A stretch of 58,925 nucleotides of DNA, filler included, from Sphacelaria rigidula (GCA_964200075.2; 7 parts of 7 records of this genome joined end to end with filler, not necessarily neighbours in it); one strand, 5' to 3'. Shown: positions 23,801-37,100, counted from the first letter of the whole stretch. Made by a program: numbers and translations. The notes: generated by a model from the letters alone, not told the origin.

Positions 23801-24545
23801 TTTGCTTCACCCGTGCAGCCGTGGCAGAGCACACGAGAACACCCCCCTCCCCTCCTGGAACACAGCACCCCCCTCCTGACAGCACAAAGAAGTCCGCACT
23901 GTATTCTCAGCGCAATTGGTTAAATTCCACTGTTGGTACTGAAACGGATGAAGTTGAATGCTTCTACGGCTCTCTTTTGGCTTTCTATGCCACCGAAGCC
24001 GGGTTTAGGTCCTAAGGCAGCAAGCTTTGCGACGGCTTTAGTCCGTCCGTCGCTCGTAATTGCTGCTGTCGAATACGTTGTACCGCATTTTTTTGTTCTT
24101 TTCCATTAATAGTGTCACGTTCTTTATCACCCTCTAAAGGAACAAGACGTCATGCAGTAGTCGCAGAATCGATCATGCAGGCAATCACAAAGTAGTTAGT
24201 ATATAGTTACGAATGATGTTTGCAGAAGTGCTCTTCAGCATTCTAGACCTACTTTCAGCTACCAAAGTACCCAAACAAACTCATGGTGAATACTTTTCCC
24301 GAAACAAAAACAAATAGGAGCTGGGCCAGCCTAAGAAGGGAGATCGGTCTGTAGGTAGCAAGCCCATCTTCATCTCAATTAAAAAAAATGTTGAACTTTC
24401 AAATTTGGTATCGAGAATTAACAGGGCATAGTAATTAAAGAAAAAAACTTGGGACGTGGAGGATTAATACTTCGAAGTGTATTTTATGAGTTTTAGGACT
24501 CTCCTTATTATAGTAACAGACAAGAATTATTAATAATAAATCTGG

Positions 24546-25197
24546 CGAAGTGCCGTTTTGGAGTTTTCACGTCGTTTTACTCCCCGAAGAGAGCTAGACG
24601 GAGTTTGACTCTTTCGACTGACTTGCTCTACTTGTTGTAGTGGTTCCAGGACGTCTTCTCATTTTCCGGTGACCGCAGTTTATCTTTTGGTCGAACAACG
24701 ATTTTTGTCCAAGAACGGCCAAAAACGGTCAAATCTAGAAAAAATCGTCATTTTTCTCAGGATTGATCTGTTCTCGGGCAAAAATTCACCTTATTTGGCC
24801 AACATTAAAACTGCGGCCACCGGGGAATGGGAAGATGTCCTGAAATCACCTCAACGAGTAGAGCAAGTCATTCCAAAGTGTCAAACTCCGCCTACCTTTA
24901 TTTTAGGGCATAACACGACGTGGAAGCTCCAAAAACAGGCACTTCGAAAAAATATCATTTTTGCCTGTTACAAAGAGAAGCCTTATAATAATAATAGAAC
25001 CAACTATCAAAATCAAGTTTTCAGCAAAATGCCAGTAACAAGTAAGGCCGCTTCTTATAATAATAGACAAAAATAAAAACCCGGAAGAATGTAATTTTGG
25101 AGCTTTTACGTCGTTTTACGCCCCAGAAGAGAGCTAGGCGGAATTTGACACCTTGGAATGACTTGCTCTTCTACTAGTTGAGGCGGTTCCAGGACAT
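24546..25197. mobile_element. Foldback element (~400-bp palindrome 24546-24946 plus a third arm at 25095-25197)
   Basis: GAAGTGCCGTTTTGGAGTTTTCACGTCG...CGACGTGGAAGCTCCAAAAACAGGCACTTC; same family as 47142-47530. Confidence 0.75.
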
Positions 25198-25297
25198 NNN
25201 NNNNNNNNNNNNNNNNNNNNNNNNNNNNNNNNNNNNNNNNNTTAATTAATTAANNNNNNNNNNNNNNNNNNNNNNNNNNNNNNNNNNNNNNNNNNNN
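25198..25297. other. Artificial contig spacer
   Basis: N44-TTAATTAATTAA-N44. Confidence 0.99.
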
Positions 25298-25543
25298 GCA
25301 GCTATCCCATTTTCAATGGTTTGTGTCGTGGTTTTGGCTTTGGAATTCCCTTCCGTTTCGGGGGGGGGGGGGGGGGGACTGCAAGTTGCCCCGTAGACCG
25401 GGAAGTTCCAACAAAGGGAGAAAACCCTCGTTTAATTTGTTTGAATTTTCGCGTATAAAACTGAGGTAATGTATCCCATCCTCGGAGGTGATCAACGTTC
25501 CCGAGTCTGGGAGACTGATGACAGTAAATAAAATGCACCTCAA

Positions 25544-25598
25544 GGGGGGGAGGGGGCGTACTCATTTGTTGCTTGCCTTAGTCGTTTGACCATTGATC
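25544..25598 (-). repeat. Conserved ~50-bp motif copy
   Basis: GGGGCGTACTCATTTGTTGCTTGCCTTAGTCGTTTGACCATTGATC is the reverse complement of the 8545-8596 motif. Confidence 0.85.
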
Positions 25599-26326
25599 AT
25601 AAGGGGGGGGCCTAGGAACTACTCCTTGGAAGGGTGTTATCTAACTTCCACCTATGCTTGCGAGCGGGTGTTCGGGTCCAGCTCGAGTGTCTCGCGACCC
25701 CTTATCCAATAATGAGGGGCTACGGCGTTGCCGTTTTAACGCGCACGAGCCTACCCGCGCTTAACTCAAACCGATCTTCCGCCCCCTCCCCCACCCATCT
25801 CACACACATGAGTGCCTTTGACATGTACTGTACGTGCAGGGCTTTGATACACATGAAATCACGTGCTTGTAAATGTCGTTGAAGACAACGACGTCCTACC
25901 GCAAGCTCACGATCTATCTACAAATGATATATTCTCGACGAGAGGAGTTCAAGAGTATCCAGCATCGCCTACGTGTCCGGCTGAAGACACGTATGTACAC
26001 AGATATATGCATTGATGCACATGTGTGTATGATGTATATATGCTCGACATATTTTGCGGCTGTTCGACACAGCCCTCGAACAACATTGTGTCCGGTGAAA
26101 ATTACAATCGCTGATCGATATTTAACATTTTGTTTTGCCCTAACACCAACCCAGAAAAAAAAAATCTAGGCGAGGGGGTAAAGCCCGCAGCAGAAACTCT
26201 CCATCCCCATGAAGGATACGGGGTGGGTGATGAACCCCCTCCATCTCCTCCCGCGGAGTTCGTCATGCACGAAATACAAAGGATATCAGACAGGAAACGC
26301 TGCGATCACGACAACAAGGTCTTCAC

Positions 26327-26491
26327 CTCGCTCATCTTGCCGCGATATACCGCAAGGAGCAGCGCGCTGCCTTTTCCACGGCGAGGAGAGTCGACGGCCT
26401 GCTCGTATCTTCTCTTGGCAGCCTTGAACTCCGAAGCTGCTTCGGGTTCCTCCACAATCGTTCCCTTGCGCCGTTCTAGATCAGACCACAC
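26327..26491 (-). CDS. XPD/Rad3-family DNA helicase (FANCJ/RTEL1-like), exon with motif V
   Basis: CAG acceptor, GTGAAG donor, phase 0-0; VWSDLERRKGTIVEEP...ALLLAVYRGKMSE. Confidence 0.92.
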
Positions 26492-28556
26492 CTGTGTTTG
26501 TCGTGAACCGGGAGAGTCATTTCGCACATACATGCGACAGGACGAAACATGAACACAACACAAATGAACAAAAAAAGCAACGTACGGATCGTTTTGAGTG
26601 TACTTCCAGCTCGTACGTCTACAACGCACATTCAGCCCAGCACTGATGGATCATGGCACCTAACCTTTTTTCTCGTTGCGGAGTAATCGTTTTTCCACAC
26701 GCATACTTGAAAAAAACAAAATTAAGATACCGGGGTCGGGAGTCTCGTTCTAGATATACGCTTCACGCAACAGATCGGGCCACACCTTCTTTTTCTGGTG
26801 ATGGGGAAAAAAAAAAAAATCCTACACGCATACGACGGAACATGAGAGAACAGAACAGATCAATCGATACACCGGTCATGGAAGGATCGTCTCTAAAGTA
26901 CACGATCTACGCAACAAATATGGTCACACTGCTATTTCGTGAAGAGAAAAAGAAAAACGCTTCCCACGCGCACGACCAAAAAACACAGAACAGGATGATA
27001 AATATAGCGGCTTCAGGAGCGTGCCGACTCAGGATACGTATTCCAGGACGCTTTAGGTATTTCGGCTCGTCTCATTCTGCTCGATATGGGGAAATCTCTC
27101 CGCTTGCTGCTGTGCTTGGTTTGGCGTTGCTAGTTACGAACGCTGGACGCTGTTTTTGCTACGGAATTGTACAGCGACATGGTCGTTGCATGTCCAATGC
27201 GGGACGCTGGTGAAACACCGAAAGTACGTGAGCATCCCATAGTAGGGATGTGCGTGTAAACGGCTGTCCGCAACAAGGGGGTTCATGGCTGTTGCGTACA
27301 CTCACACGCTGTGGTCGTGCATTTTCGCGGGGCCTAATCGTCAAGCCACCGGCATGTTGCTGAATATCGACATCAATACCATAATAAGTACGCCTTGCTT
27401 CCGGAAGCAGAGTATTGAAGTGCTTATCCTTGGGTAAGAGTTCGGCTCACCCTTCCCCTCCCCCCGCCTCTCTACCGCGGGGTGGCTCCACTCAATATCG
27501 CGTATTGAGTGAGTGGTGCTAAGGTAGGGGTGCACGAATATCTTTCGAGGCTTGAATCGTCAGGAGCCCTGAATCTCATCCAAACATGACTCACGACAAA
27601 TGTGAGAGCACCCCACAGGCAGTATCTCAATGGCTTAGGAATACTCCGAATGAATTTGGAAACGAGATTTCCCCGACCCACATCCTTGTGTAGCTCCTGA
27701 CTTCAGAAGCCCCTGAATGAGAAGCGTCCGGGCCGGAATGCGCAACTCCTTTACGTAGCCTGACTATTGCATAACTTGACGCGGGGAGCACAGGAAAACT
27801 TTGTGTCATACTGGTATATGGGCATGTTCCCCCTCGCTGGCGATAAAACCGTTGAACCATTACGACACAGCGAGTGTGATGGAGAAATAGAAAAAGAAAG
27901 GGAATAGAAACGTGCGCGTATATAAGTCTCTACTCCAAGATGTCACAGGTGAACCTAATATTACGACCAAACAAAAAAACACAAGAACACGAACACAAGA
28001 AAGCGCGCGGCAGGATCACGGATACGGGCCTTACAGATATAAGCATGGTCCATGGGCATCTTTTCAAAAGCTGTTCGAATCTATTTGTTTTTTGTACCTG
28101 TGCCGCTTGTTCTACGCCCCCGAGTACTGCGGTTTCCGCCCTCGTCTGTCGTGATGTCCAGCGCAATTCAAAGAAAAAATAGAATGGCACGCTTTTGTAC
28201 ACGGTCTGAATGGTGCGCACTCAATTTTCTTACGGTCCAAATCCTGCCATCTGCAGCAGCAGGTAGAGGAGCATGTGCCCTAGATTAACAGTAGCCAAAC
28301 GTTGCAGCAGTGTTCAGCCCCCGGTAGATTTAGCTTGGGCAACACATGCGATGTGCAATACAAACGCACATTCGCGCATCATGGAAAACGACGAGAAAAA
28401 ATGACTGAATTTGGCGTGCTTATTTCATAGCGACCCGTATCTATGATACAGGTGCCAAACGAAAAACGAAAAACGAAAACAAGAAAACAAGGAAAAAAAA
28501 GAAGACAGTGTGCAATCGTGTTTAACAATCCCCGTCCGTGTTCCATCACAACTCAC

Positions 28557-28710
28557 CGACGTGCCTCTCCAGACCTCAGCAGCATTCCTCAGAACTTTAT
28601 AGGATGGCAGGAACACCAACACCCCAGAAGGGATCGCATTGCAGAGAAACACCAACGTTTTCCCGACCTTAACTAGAAACTTCCGGCTTTCCATATTATT
28701 CTTGTTGCAA
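28557..28710 (-). CDS. XPD/Rad3-family DNA helicase, exon with motif IV
   Basis: CAG acceptor, GTGAGT donor; phase 2 in; FLVKVGKTLVFLCNAIPSGVLVFLPSYKVL...VWRGTS. Confidence 0.93.
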
Positions 28711-30003
28711 CTGCATTTTGTTTGATACAACAGACGTTTTTTTTAGCCGCGAAAGGGCACACACACATAACACGAGTACGATCAGCAGAAAAGAGCGGGA
28801 GAAACAGGGGTGTCAGGGATCCCATACATCAGCGTACGATTTGTGATGAGAAAATGTCATTTCAAAACTTAGCTTTCGAGATTATTATCGCCCCTACGAC
28901 ATGAAGACAGGGAGGAGAAAAATGTGGCACAACTTTTCGGGCATACCACGGCTCTGTCCTCACAAAGCTAGCAGCTGTCTCGCCCAAAGGGCCGACGAGA
29001 CGTTCCTTCAGGCACCGCTGAGCACGGCCGTCTTTTGCTACTGCTGCTGCTGCTGTTTTGGCAAGTGCAAGGCGTGTATGAGCAATGCTACGATAGGGGT
29101 TGCACTTCATGTTCCTGGGGGGCTCTCAATCTTGTAGCAACACAAATATGTGGGGCTTATTGTGCAATCCAAATCTCCGGGGACCAGACTCCCAGAAACA
29201 TGGTGTTTGCATGCAGGGGCCTTTTCTTGAATCGGCATCATTTTCAGTCTTTCTTAAGTAAAAATGATGCCGGTTCACAAAATGATCCGTGCAACACCCC
29301 GAGTAGCCCCGAAAAACGTTGTCGCTAAAAAAGTGCAATCCCTACCGTAGTATCACTCGTATGTAAAACAACATGATGGCATAGATGCCTGCTGGCGGGT
29401 ATTTTTGTCCATCAACAACTACGTTGTGAAGAGATGCGCCAGGTGATAGCCCTGAAATCTAGCAGACCCGAGTCGCGGCTCATTCAGACACTGCTAAGCT
29501 TCAGTATTACAATCGCACTCGAATCCTCGTATGGCTCAAAAGTCCTGAGCGATTGCCAAGCGCGCGCGCAGCGTGCACGGCACGTGTTTAACCTAGGGTA
29601 TGCTCTGCAACACCTCCTTGACTGAGGGTTTTCGGTCTGCATTATGTTGGGGTCTGACATGGGTAGTGTTAACTTTCGGGTTGGAAAAATGGAACACGTT
29701 CAGTTGCAGTGATGGCGCCACCAACTCATGAACTCCTAGTGTTACGTACGCATTTCGTGTAACGTAAGATAGCACCCCCCAGCAGGACTTGAGTCCTCAC
29801 CTGCTGTCGAATAGCGCAAACACATGCCCATCACACGAAATATACATTCCACCTTTTTACTGTTCCTGGGAAGCAGTCATTTGAGGCCCCGCGTACCAAT
29901 GCGAATGCTCGTGACTAACGATTCTCGACCCAAATCCTGTCAGAGGGGATACATGATGTTGTCATCGATCAAACCCACGAACAGCACGTGCGTACACGCT
30001 CAC

Positions 30004-30101
30004 CGGAGCTCCCCGTTTAGCGGCGTGGAAGAAAGTGAAGAAGGTACTGCGATCACCTCCACCTGTTTTCGATGCGTCACCACGTGCTTTGCTTCAAGTG
30101 C
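30004..30101 (-). CDS. XPD/Rad3-family DNA helicase, upstream exon
   Basis: CGCAG acceptor, GTGAGC donor, 98 nt, phase 2 out matches next exon; ALEAKHVVTHRKQVEVIAVP resembles LEAxHVI..xQV of FANCJ/RTEL1. Confidence 0.85.
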
Positions 30102-30849
30102 CTGCGGCGATTCACATTCCGCGTACAGGCAGGGCGAGAGAGAGGGTTAGAATCAGAATTATCGCACTATGCTGAGGCGTCAAATCAATTCCGATTCCTG
30201 AATGACTTACATCAGCACATCTAATTTATTTGAAAGGGGGATTCCGTCAGTTGTAGCACCGGTCACACGTCGTATTTTCGATTTTTTGGGGGGAAATAAA
30301 AGAAAAAATGGCGGAAAAAAGGGGACGAAAAAGTGAGAGGATGACTCGACAGCAGATGACTTGGAAAAATGAGGGAGAGGAGACCGGATTTATACCCAGA
30401 GTAAAACGTTGAAACGAATCCCGGCAATTTTCTGTTGGAAGAGCCCACACGACGGTTCCCTTCTCCATGCTGAAGCAGGCACGAAGGAAAAAATGAAGCA
30501 ATCAACAGTGAGGAATTAGAATGACTGCTCATCAATCATGCGCTGTCCATACTTGATAAACTACTTGGAATAGCTGGACAAATGATACTTTATCGGCGAG
30601 CTTGCCCCATTGTCCTACACAAGCGGAAATACCTACATATACACACGAATACATTTGTCATAGTTTTCAAACGCTCTCCTTTGTCGGGATGAGTCCGTGG
30701 CCTGAACAGATTAGCCAATGAGTTCCCCGGTACATGCCCCACATTGCGGTATCGCCGATTGAACCCGCACTACTACCGCACCTCATCGACTCTCGTCGGA
30801 CTTTTTTTTTGCTACTCACGCTATCACGCTTCTAGCGACGCAGGCCAGA

Positions 30850-32730
30850 TTCTGCTAAATAAAAACGCGTATGTGGGAACTCAAGCGCGCAAGCTTCCGC
30901 GCTAAGCATACGTTGAGGTACTAGTTCGACCACCCGGGGCGCGGCGGCATGGGTACGTGGAGCAGAATGAAATGTGACAAGTGAAGGGCGCTCGATAATG
31001 CCATCTAGACAAAAAGCGAATGTGACTACATCTGGAGTGATGCTGCGGTGGGTGGTACAAGAACGACGGGAGATCAAGGAGGGGAAAGAGAAGACAAATA
31101 TAGATAAAAGGGTAGATCCACCAACACATTTTCAGTTTCATCCGCTTCGTCGTGCTCCTTACCGCAACCATCGCAAGCGCGCAAAACACGGCGAATCCTG
31201 CACAGTATCAGACAGCGCCAACAAAAGGTGAAGATAATGCATACGTATACCGTAGCGACCTCAGTACGCGTGGTGTTGTTGCTGCCGTCATGAGTTGATG
31301 TGTACGAACAAGCCGAGGCTAAAGCTGCACGTTGCGCCGATGACGCTGCGAGGGTACCCGATGTACCATGGAATTCATGCGGCGAGCACTTGGAACTATC
31401 AGTCCCGAAACAATCCGATTGCTACGGTCCAGACTGGGATCAGGGACGTCAGAGCATATGCCCCGACCTTGGATTTCGGCGACAGTTCGCGTAAACTCTA
31501 CTGCCCATCTGCACGCCCTCTTCCCCACTTCTACATACAGGCATCATCGCAGTTGATCCAACGGTTTGTACATCACTAACCGAAAAGCAGTTTATAGGTC
31601 TTTACTGACGGTATGGTGGATCTCGGTAACGGCGACCTAAAGTTCGCCAGTGCAATGAGCTGCACACCAACGACCGCGTCCAGACACGTGCTCACGCTGG
31701 GCATATCGGCTCGTATCGATGAGGCGAGTCCCGCCGACGAGTTCGCATCGGCAGCATAGAAAGCAAGGAGTATAGTGAGCTGAAAAACCTGAACCCCCTG
31801 CTCTCCAGGGAAAGCTTCAACTTTGGTTAGCCCAACGTTGGCAATGATTAACGATGCAGGTCGTCAGTTTTAGGCATGGCTGTCAATCGATCCGTGCTGT
31901 GTTTCTTCCATCTGTTCGCTTACTGTAGTACCGTGCGACTTCTGCCGTCCCGTGGTTTGATACTGTTACGTGGCACGATGCTCCTGTTCGGAACTGGTAA
32001 GACGCCGAGGTTGTTGAAAACCATAGAAGGTCGGTTTCAACGCGATTCCGTGGCCACAATATTCCGACTGATTCGCGTAAACTCTACTGCAGCTGAAGAG
32101 TACAGACACGACAAAGAGCACATGCTCGCCTCGGGGCTGCTTACAGGCAACCTCTGTCGTTGTGAAATTGTCACATCCGATACTTGTCTACATAACGTTC
32201 CGTTCACAGAAAAGTGAACGATCGGGGCGCTGAGTAGATGTCAGTCCACAGCTGTAGGGCCGGGATGTTACGGTAACGAAGGCTACAGTCTGTGCCGGGT
32301 GGTATGCACCGTGAAAACAGACGTGAATTAACGTGACAGCACAAGAGGCGTCACGACGCAGGGGCGCTCATGGGTTGACGAATACGGGGGAAAACACTCA
32401 CCAACCACTATCGCATGCTTAAAATGTTGCATTGAAAACGCTTCACGGCAGACCTCGTGCACAGCACAGTGCTTGCAGGTTCTGCGTGTTGGGTCAAAAT
32501 CGGTGTGCGATGATGCATTGTCGATGTCTCTTAGTCGATGGCTGCTTGCATGCACCTGTAATCCTTCCTGTTCCTCGGGACGAGTTTGAAGTCTCAAGAT
32601 ATCAACCCATCTGCCCCCCGGTTCATGCTCTACTAAGAGTAGGAACAGTGCTGCGTCTCGAACGGGATGCGTTGTCAATGGTCACACGACTAAGGCAAGC
32701 AACAAATTAATACGCCCCCCCCCCCCCCAC
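30850..32730 (+). mobile_element. Degenerate tyrosine-recombinase retrotransposon (DIRS/Ngaro-like): RNase H and YR remnants plus terminal motif
   Basis: AAAWVR and AKHG...SD (RNase H-like), LCFFHL...LLRG, NW*DAEVVE.HRRS, YSLCRVV and QGRSWVDEY (YR box-like), ending in the conserved ~50-bp motif and C-run. Confidence 0.45.
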
Positions 32731-33629
32731 CCGGTTCATGCCTGACACCTCGGCATCGATGTCAAGTCATCTGTGATCTCGCAGTACAGAGTACAGCAAC
32801 ACAACGCAAGTAGTAGCACACAAGCGTAGTTGGTTTGACATCGGCACATGGCAATTGTACAGCTGTACCGTACGATACCCAGGGCATCGATTCGCAGGCC
32901 CTCTCGACGCAACTTAGCACCCACGATGGAATTCACCGCCCCCGCCTCCTGACTTCCTCTCATGAGGATTCGATCTTACCTACGCTGAGTTTTTGTGTCA
33001 GTAGGCGGGACGCTCCCAGGACGTGGTCACCTGAGAGTACATACAGGCTTGGGATGTTTTTCATGGCACGATTGTCCGCGCTGCAACCATCAAGTAACAC
33101 CTCATCTGTACGCCACCCAAGGCAACGAAAAGGCCACGGCGGAGTCCCCCCCCCGCTCCCCCGCATTCTGACTTCCGTCTCGTAGGCTGCAAAGCTAACT
33201 ATGCTCCTCTTTTGTTGTCAATAGGCACGCTCCCAAGGGGTGGGTATGTGTGGGGGCAACGAGACGAGTGGAGGTGTTTACCCGCTTCTGTTTTCCATCG
33301 AGCTGCCGCCACACATATATGCGCATGTTTATCACCCATCACATCATGCTATCCAAGGGAAATTATCTCCGCACTTGCTGCGCGGTATATCTGAGGCACA
33401 TTATTACACCCACCAGCCGAGGACAAGCGCAGGACCGTGCGCTCTGGGATCTGGCTGGCCAAATTGCTTGCATGCGGTTGGTCTAGCGTATGTGACTAAA
33501 TGCATCATACATACTGAGAGGACACATCATTTTTATGCCAGGAGCCATATCCCTCCCTCCCCCCCCCCGCCTGTGGTAAGACAACCATGAGGCAGTGTAG
33601 AAGCCGTGGCTATATCTGGAAGTGGCGAT

Positions 33630-33729
33630 NNNNNNNNNNNNNNNNNNNNNNNNNNNNNNNNNNNNNNNNNNNNTTAATTAATTAANNNNNNNNNNNNNNN
33701 NNNNNNNNNNNNNNNNNNNNNNNNNNNNN
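33630..33729. other. Artificial contig spacer
   Basis: N44-TTAATTAATTAA-N44. Confidence 0.99.
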
Positions 33730-33934
33730 GACCAAACCTCCTACAATGTCCCCTAGCTCGACTCTGTACACGAGTCACCCTACCCATCCGGGCGTCGGTC
33801 CTCATCTACGCTGATGTATCACCACCCTAGAACGATTGGCGGACTCCACGTCCATTGGGTAATCTCCCTATTAGAATAAACTCGTCGCAATGAGTTGAAT
33901 ATTATACCGCCGGTCATTTTCTGCACCGCGTACT

Positions 33935-34268
33935 AGCCGGTCGTCCCAGTGACTCATCTGGTAACCTCGAAACCTACTGACGGTTGGGTGGTGGGTTCGA
34001 ATTCCGAGGCAGTCACACGATCTGAGTTTTTTTCTCGCACAGTGCCCAACAGTGGAGAGCGACTATGTCGTGGGTACACAAAATTCGACTTCACGGTCGA
34101 CTGGGAAAAAGGGGTGTTGAAACACTCTCGTGATTTAAAAAAAGCAAGCACCGGAGAGGGAGGGTGGAGAACTGAAATAAATGAAGGCCCCGGCTGTAGC
34201 GCCTACATATATACGGGAAGGAGAAGACTGGCGCCCAGAATAGATGGGATGACAGCGCGCACACACAC
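33935..34268 (+). mobile_element. tRNA-derived SINE family 1, near full-length copy
   Basis: A-box-like TGACTCATCTGG (33950-33961), B-box-like GGTTCGAATTCC (33994-34005), shared body, (CA)n tail. Confidence 0.85.
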
Positions 34269-35249
34269 GTACAGCAAAAAGTCAGAGAATCTCCCAAAAC
34301 AGCTGTTATTCGTAGCCTAAGAGATGGGGGCAAATTTAACGGTAAACTAGGAATTCAGCAACTATCGCTAGCTTGAACGAAAGCCCTGAATATGTTTGCC
34401 GTGGCGACATTCCACGTAGTTATTGTTTTTTTATATGCAGCGAATAATATGCAAAAGTTTCGTTTGGTGGCGGTGTATGCTTCCTCCCTCCAATATTTTG
34501 GCCATTTGTCCAAGTGGTGGGTGCTGGTGGGAGTGCATCACGCTCTGCCATTTGGGGGGTGTGCGGCATAACCGGGCCACGAAATCGTGGCGTGATGACT
34601 CGAGTAGACCTCACCTTCACCAGCAATTCTATTATGGTTCGAAAACAGACATGAACGCTCGGAAAAGTGTCTCTTCGATCTTCGAGCGACGTTTTCCGCT
34701 GGAGAAAAGGGCTGGCTGGGCAGGTTCTGCCCCTTAGGAATGATTTGGCCTACTATTTAACGGGATTCCGGCACACCGTCGCGCCTTCCCGTGCACGCAG
34801 TTTGACCCTGGGTTGGCTTCGGAAATGTCCGCGGCTGACCCTCGAACGTGTCATCTGCGCGGAAACATGAACTTTATTGCGACCACCGGAAAGCGCCAAG
34901 GTGCCCTGGAACAGTCTAAACTAATGTAGTAGATCATTCCGGGGTTTTAATATTCACCTACCGTTTTCTTCGGGCGAAAAAAGACGCGGATGGGCCGACT
35001 GACTCCAAGGTATTCACGATCTCGTACCATACGTAGTGGCCTCCTAGGTGGGGCAGAATCTTTCTGAAAACAAAATCATTTGTTTAGTTCTTCAGCGCTG
35101 ATTTGCGCCGGGGCACAGTAGAATTATGGGGCTGGACGGATTGTGCCCCATCGGAAGCTCTCGCTGTGCTTTTCCGAGAGGATTCCAGCGTCTTTTCCGA
35201 CCCGTCGTACGCCTACTTTTAGCCCGATAGAAGAAGATTAGTCGAACAA

Positions 35250-37100
35250 CCTACAAAAACCTTGGAGGTCTCTCGAACAACACACATTCCAACAGTTTCA
35301 AGGAGATACCGTACTGTCCGTTTGGGGTTTGTTGAGGGTCCGTTTGTCCGGCCAAACGTCAAACTGGGCACATGGAAGATTGGAAAAGTGCGCCGAATGG
35401 AATCCTCTCCGAGAGTACAGCAGCAAGTATTCATGAGATAGCTCAATCCACCGAGTCCGGTAATCCGCGAAACCCTCCACTGAATCGCCGAAATATGCTT
35501 CCTTGAAGGGTCCTCTGTTCCACGCAAAAGAAGTGGCATCACATGGCATTACTGTCCCTTGGTCCCATGCCAAGCAAGACCCCCGCACGAAAGAGGACAG
35601 GATAAAGCTGCCTGCACGTGGATGGTGTTCTGAATTGCGGTTAATACTTTTTCCGTGACCTCTCTCTGAAACGGGGAAGCAGGCGGAAGGCAAGGGCGTG
35701 ATCGACCGGTGACCATGGTGTACTGTAGGAATCTACATCACCAACATTTGTTTGATAACAACCATGATTGCCTGAGGTCACCTGACTGAAAACACCCGCT
35801 CTATTGTTCGGTGTGGTGCCGATATGTTGCCTGCAGTGCATGCGATAATGGTGAATCACTCCAAACAGGAAACAAAATCTGTATCATACCGCCCTGCGCA
35901 ATGTTTTGCCAAAATGAAAAATACGAAATTCTCGGCACTGATCGCGTGAGAAAACCAATATACAGCGTTTCGGCTGCAAGCACTTCTACTCGTGCCCCAG
36001 CTCGCGCGGCAGGTGCGCCCCTCAAGGAAGAGCACGGGTTCAACAAGTGGCACCACTGGGAAGCTGTGTTCAAGGCCGAAGTTAGGTGCCACTTTTCAGT
36101 TATAAATCTGGCAGTTTCTCGCATCTAGGCATGTTTTAGTGTTGTTATATTCAGGTTCCACGGGCCCATAACGGTACGCCGCCAGGTGGTGACCACGCTG
36201 TGTTCTCACGTCCCGATTCGCACAGGAAAAGGAGTTGTGTCAACTGGTGAACCTGTAGCAATTCAGAACATGATTGTCTGAAAGGCATGGCGGTCCATGG
36301 GACAGTCTGATATTTTAATGCTGTAGCATGTTTTCTACAGTCAGTGCGGTACGAAGATCACAGTGTGATTGTGCCCAGGCGTCCGGCGTATGACACCACG
36401 ATGTTGCTGTCTTCAGAATAAACACCGTAATCGTTCCTGCTGTACCTTGAGACAGATGAATACGACGCTTTTCCACGGTTTCACAGGGACTCCGCGTGTG
36501 TATACCTCCACCGCGGCTGCTTACGGCTGAAACTTCGCGCACAACTTTACCTCTACACAGGCACAATACACACCGAGTGGCGATGTGGTTTGGTGGCCTG
36601 CCTCAATGATTACCGTGACTACTGATTTTTTGGAATCGCGTCGAAACGACCTATTCGCAGCTATCCCGCAGCCCATACTTTGCACAATGTAAGCGAGTAT
36701 CTCTACACGCTGGTGCAATAGCTGTCGGGTCATGAGCAGATGGAAACATGTTACACTGAAAAACGATATCGGGGGCAACCTTTATCGTCTGTAGAGCTTC
36801 CCAATGTCAGAGTTACTGCCGTACACGCGCTGTCGGAGCTGCATGACGCTGAAACTCGAGTCATCCGTCATTTGAAGCAAAATCAACTAGCTCTCATCGC
36901 TAATTCTCGTCTCGTGTGTTGCAGGAACGTGCAACGGGGCAAGAGGGGGTAAGATTTGAGAACAAAGACTGTTGATGTTTATTTTGGCGAAACACTGCGC
37001 GGCTCTGACGGCCACGGGCACCGTGACACCTGTGTACCGCACTTCCCTCCTCTGCGCGGTCTGGTTGGCTGTTTTACATCGATGCACCACCGTAACGTTT
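35250..37100 (-). pseudogene. Decayed KDZ-type transposase of the HMGXB3-related group
   Basis: Ordered remnants: TGVTVPVAVRAAQC, GCG...DSKKSV, ASWGTSRSACSRNAVYWFSHAISAEN...KHCAGRYDTDF (ORF 35856-36092), NNRAGVFS, STPW, HHPRAGS. Confidence 0.55.

Noticed and set aside
23213-23923. 236-aa ORF, or a minus-strand exon at ~23655-23820, as a host gene
   Set aside because: Better explained as the decayed C-terminal part of the Gypsy pol; no partner exons
33935-34010. Functional tRNA gene
   Set aside because: A/B boxes are present but continue into a dispersed body shared by several diverged copies, with no convincing cloverleaf; treated as a SINE head
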